Below, piece after piece: positions 63,177 to 64,000 of a DNA stretch of 64,000 bases (the first letter of the stretch is position 1; each line of letters starts with the position of its first letter). A program made the position numbers and the translations under genes. This DNA comes from a virus. The stretch spans positions 1 through 64,000 of IMG/VR virus record IMGVR_UViG_3300032313_001394; one strand, 5' to 3'. Below the pieces are notes generated by a model that ran no database searches, was not told where the DNA came from, and was given only the letters and a program-made list of their open reading frames with translations.

Positions 63177-64000
63177 TTAAGCCACGAGATTTTTCTCGTC
63201 TATTATTAATTTTAATTCTTCAACTAATATATCTGGTTCTAAAGTAAATGAAAATTGACTTTTTAATATTTCATTACCATCTTTATTTAAAGCAATTGCA
63301 TATCTACGTTTATTCCCTTTAACTACAAAATTAGGATTTTCTTCTTCTTTAATAAAAAATCTAAATCCTTTATAATCATATCCTTTTAAATAACCTAATC
63401 CAGAACGAGCATCATTTATTAATGCTGATATTTCCGTTGAAGTTAGATTTTCAAAATTAATATCTAAAATATTATTTATTTGTAATAGTCTTGATTCTTG
63501 AAAAATTAAATCTTCTAATAATTTAGAAGTAATTAGATTAGCTGTAGATAATAAAGAAGATGAATCGTTTAATATTTTTTGTAATTTTTGTAAAAGTTGA
63601 ATTGTTGCTCCTGTAATAGCTAAAGGAGGTAAAAAATTTAAAGCATTAATAATAGGATTTAATATTTGAATGATTAATTCTATTATACTTATTATTTTAT
63701 TTACATTTTGTAAAGATTGTTTATTTGTATTAATTAATGTTACTGCTTGATTTCTTAATAATTTTGCAGTTTCAATTTCATTTTTTGTAATAGCAGATGA
63801 AATAATATTATTAACATTATCTACTGTTTCAGTTATTTTAGCATTAGTTACAGAAATAAATTGAAAAAGTATAGATAATATAGTATTAATTGTGTTTACT
63901 ATATCATTAAAACTTTTAGGAATAGGTATTGTTAATTTATTTTTTGTATTATTTTGTATTTCACTAATTTTATCTGCTTTTAATCTAGCTAATCTTTCAG
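63177..64000 (-). CDS. hypothetical protein, 5'-truncated by the window edge
   Basis: Hand-read open frame ending ...YKGFRFFIKEE...KRRYAIALNKDG...SFTLEPDILVEELKLIIDEKNLVA*. Confidence 0.7.
   Translation of the reverse strand, partial: ERLARLKADKISEIQNNTKNKLTIPIPKSFNDIVNTINTILSILFQFISVTNAKITETVDNVNNIISSAITKNEIETAKLLRNQAVTLINTNKQSLQNVNKIISIIELIIQILNPIINALNFLPPLAITGATIQLLQKLQKILNDSSSLLSTANLITSKLLEDLIFQESRLLQINNILDINFENLTSTEISALINDARSGLGYLKGYDYKGFRFFIKEEENPNFVVKGNKRRYAIALNKDGNEILKSQFSFTLEPDILVEELKLIIDEKNLVA

Overview
This window is a 64-kb piece of a large, AT-rich, T4-like (contractile-tail) dsDNA phage genome. Essentially all real genes are on the minus strand, tightly packed, with frequent TAATG stop/start overlaps and the standard genetic code. 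Read in transcription order (right to left) it contains: baseplate genes (gp25-like, gp6/J-like); large tail/baseplate proteins; Pro-Thr/Thr-Ala-repeat decoration proteins; primase and a PD-(D/E)XK exonuclease; a block of small and mosaic proteins; an FAD oxidoreductase; a VWA/metallopeptidase + AAA ATPase module; a lipase; the head module (terminase, portal, prohead protease, scaffold, major capsid); PhoH; neck and tail-completion genes; and a long array of tail-fibre, collagen and LamG genes. The most notable signals are: (1) an apparent capsid-cargo system, in which many unrelated proteins share an N-terminal amphipathic 'MIKLxDIL.E / KLxELIxE' leader and/or a C-terminal RWxxxAG(L/I) motif also carried by the scaffold, and enzyme domains are joined by (L/I)xE linkers resembling T4 gp21 protease sites; (2) two mutually exclusive upstream motifs, ATATTTAT (17 copies) and CCTTTCYTRATTATMTT (4-5 copies); (3) a repeated leader hairpin with different stems but the same GGAMARUGAA loop; (4) module shuffling among fibre proteins and a structural gene apparently split by a mucin-like cassette. 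All functional calls come from reading motifs by eye; no database search was run.
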